A stretch of 64,000 nucleotides of DNA from NCBI GenBank assembly GCA_965243135.1, contig OZ251539.1, forward strand, positions 3,072,001 through 3,136,000. Reading direction: 5' to 3'. The position numbers and the translations under genes are program-made. Below are positions 62,541 to 64,000 of this stretch, piece after piece; the stretch's first letter is position 1; each line of letters begins with the position of its first letter. A model generated the notes under the pieces. The model saw only the letters and a program-made list of their open reading frames with translations. It was not told the DNA's origin and searched no databases. The DNA is from Alphaproteobacteria bacterium (GTDB taxonomy: Bacteria > Pseudomonadota > Alphaproteobacteria > MPNO01 > UBA830).

Positions 62541-64000
62541 ATGAACATCAATCTTTCCGTTCCCCAGCATCAGTACTCGCCCAAACCGCGGATCACCGTG
62601 ATCGGCGTGGGCGGCGGCGGTTGCAACGCCGTCAACAACATGATCTCGTCGCAGCTCGCCGGGATCGAATTCGTCGTGGCGAACACCGACGTCCAGGCTC
62701 TGGAGCAGAGTCTCGCCGACCGCAGGATCGTGCTCGGCAGGCAGACCACCGGCGGCCTCGGGGTCGGCGCCCGGCCCGAGCACGGTCGCGCCGCCGCCGA
62801 GGAGGCGACGGACGAGCTCATGGAGGTCCTCGAAGGGACTCATATGGTGTTCATCGCCGCCGGAATGGGCGGCGGCACGGGCACCGGGGCCGCGCCCGTA
62901 ATCGCCCGGCTCGCCCGCGAGAACGGGATTCTGACGGTGGGCGTCGTGACCAAGCCGTTCGCCTTCGAGGGTCCGACCCGGATGCAGATCGCGGAGAACG
63001 GCATCGCGGAAATGCAGCAATACGTGGACACGCTGATCGTCATTCCGAACCAGCACCTGTTCAGGGTGGCGACCGAGAAGACGACCTGCGCCGAAGCCTT
63101 TTCGATGGCCGACGAGGTTCTCCATTCCGGCGTGCGGGGCGTCACCGACCTCATGCTGGTGCCGGGGCTGATCAATCTGGATTTCGCCGACATCCGCACG
63201 GTCATGAGCGAGATGGGCAAGGCCGTGATGGGGACCGGCGAAGCCGAAGGCGAAGACCGCGCCGAGAAAGCGGCCGAGGCGGCGATATCGAACCCCTTGC
63301 TCGAGGATGCGTCGATGAAGGGAGCCCGCGGCGTTCTGATCAACATCACGGGCGGCTCCGACATGACGCTGTACGAAGTCGACAAGGCGGCCAGCCGGAT
63401 CGGCCAGGAAGTGGATCCCGAGGCGACCATCATCTTCGGCTCCACCATCGACGAGACCTTCGACGGCAGGATGCGGGTCTCGGTGGTCGCCACCGGCATC
63501 GACGTGCACCTCGTGGAGGCCCGGCCGCGCCCGGCCCTCAAGGTTCTGCCGGACCCGGACCGGCAGGACGCCGATGCGCAACCCGCGTTCGTCGCGCCGG
63601 CGCAGGATCCCGCGCCGGCGGTTCGCCCCGAAACGGCGGCGTTCGCGGGCGCGCCCGACGCGCAACCCGCTGCGGAGGTCGTGGACGCGCGGCAGAAAGC
63701 CGCCGCCCCGCCCGCGGCGGAGCCCGCCGTCTCGACCGTCGTGGCGAACGAGCGTCCCGCGCCCGCCGCCGAGCGCCCGCCGATGACGGCCGCCGCCTCT
63801 TCCTCCGCCCATCCCGCCGCGCCTCGCGTCGGACGCGACGACGCCTTCCTGCCGCCGCCGCCGGTGGATCCTCGCGCCAAGTCTCCCGGAAACCCGATCG
63901 ACGAGGACGGAAACAAGCGCCGCCGCAACGCCGGACTCTTCTCGCGGGTCACCGGCGCCGGACGCCAGGCGGAACCCGAGGCGGCGCCGGAGGCTGCGTC
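62541..64000 (+). CDS. ftsZ: Cell division protein FtsZ (3' end truncated by the window)
   Basis: AAGGAGG RBS; [22 protein letters not shown] tubulin signature, [11 protein letters not shown]; long Pro/Ala linker; no stop in the window, so it is absent from the ORF track. Confidence 0.97.
   Translation, partial: MNINLSVPQHQYSPKPRITVIGVGGGGCNAVNNMISSQLAGIEFVVANTDVQALEQSLADRRIVLGRQTTGGLGVGARPEHGRAAAEEATDELMEVLEGTHMVFIAAGMGGGTGTGAAPVIARLARENGILTVGVVTKPFAFEGPTRMQIAENGIAEMQQYVDTLIVIPNQHLFRVATEKTTCAEAFSMADEVLHSGVRGVTDLMLVPGLINLDFADIRTVMSEMGKAVMGTGEAEGEDRAEKAAEAAISNPLLEDASMKGARGVLINITGGSDMTLYEVDKAASRIGQEVDPEATIIFGSTIDETFDGRMRVSVVATGIDVHLVEARPRPALKVLPDPDRQDADAQPAFVAPAQDPAPAVRPETAAFAGAPDAQPAAEVVDARQKAAAPPAAEPAVSTVVANERPAPAAERPPMTAAASSSAHPAAPRVGRDDAFLPPPPVDPRAKSPGNPIDEDGNKRRRNAGLFSRVTGAGRQAEPEAAPEAA

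Noticed and set aside
63500-64000. Low-complexity Pro/Ala-rich region
   Set aside because: Normal long C-terminal linker of alphaproteobacterial FtsZ.

Overview
High-GC alphaproteobacterial chromosomal segment, as shown by a two-piece permuted tmRNA, alpha-type SspB and an alpha-type dcw cluster. The gene content resembles host- or sponge-associated Rhodospirillales-like genomes, which is an inference. The core backbone comprises folA-thyA, ssrA, sspB-fumA-mug-panE, a RidA gene, fumC, AsmA, a D-lactate dehydrogenase-like oxidase, oxoprolinase with DUF1445, a TctC/TctA-B transporter, rnpB, an amidohydrolase, djlA, an amidase and the dcw operon from mraZ to ftsZ (ftsZ truncated at the window end). 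Many small accessory inserts interrupt it. (1) Between ssrA and sspB, a helicase N-terminus is fused in frame to a DarT-like C-terminus and translationally coupled to an intact ADP-ribosylglycohydrolase. This is the best candidate for an undescribed DarT/ARH/helicase defence or toxin-antitoxin system. (2) Four paralogous small TM plus coiled-coil genes form two repeat-gene-repeat-gene-repeat arrays, and each gene has its own putative promoter. (3) An orphan NHLP RiPP precursor has a Ser/Thr-rich core. (4) Two probably leaderless AAA-ATPase/PD-(D/E)XK paralogues are present, one with a compensated double frameshift. (5) Stand-alone SBD-HNH and GmrSD modification-dependent nucleases are present. 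(6) A decayed Dam-like MTase sits with ParB-like and PD-(D/E)XK genes. (7) IS30 and ISAs1 relics remain. (8) Alpha-type LexA boxes cluster upstream of mraZ. All family calls come from motif recognition by eye; no searches were run.
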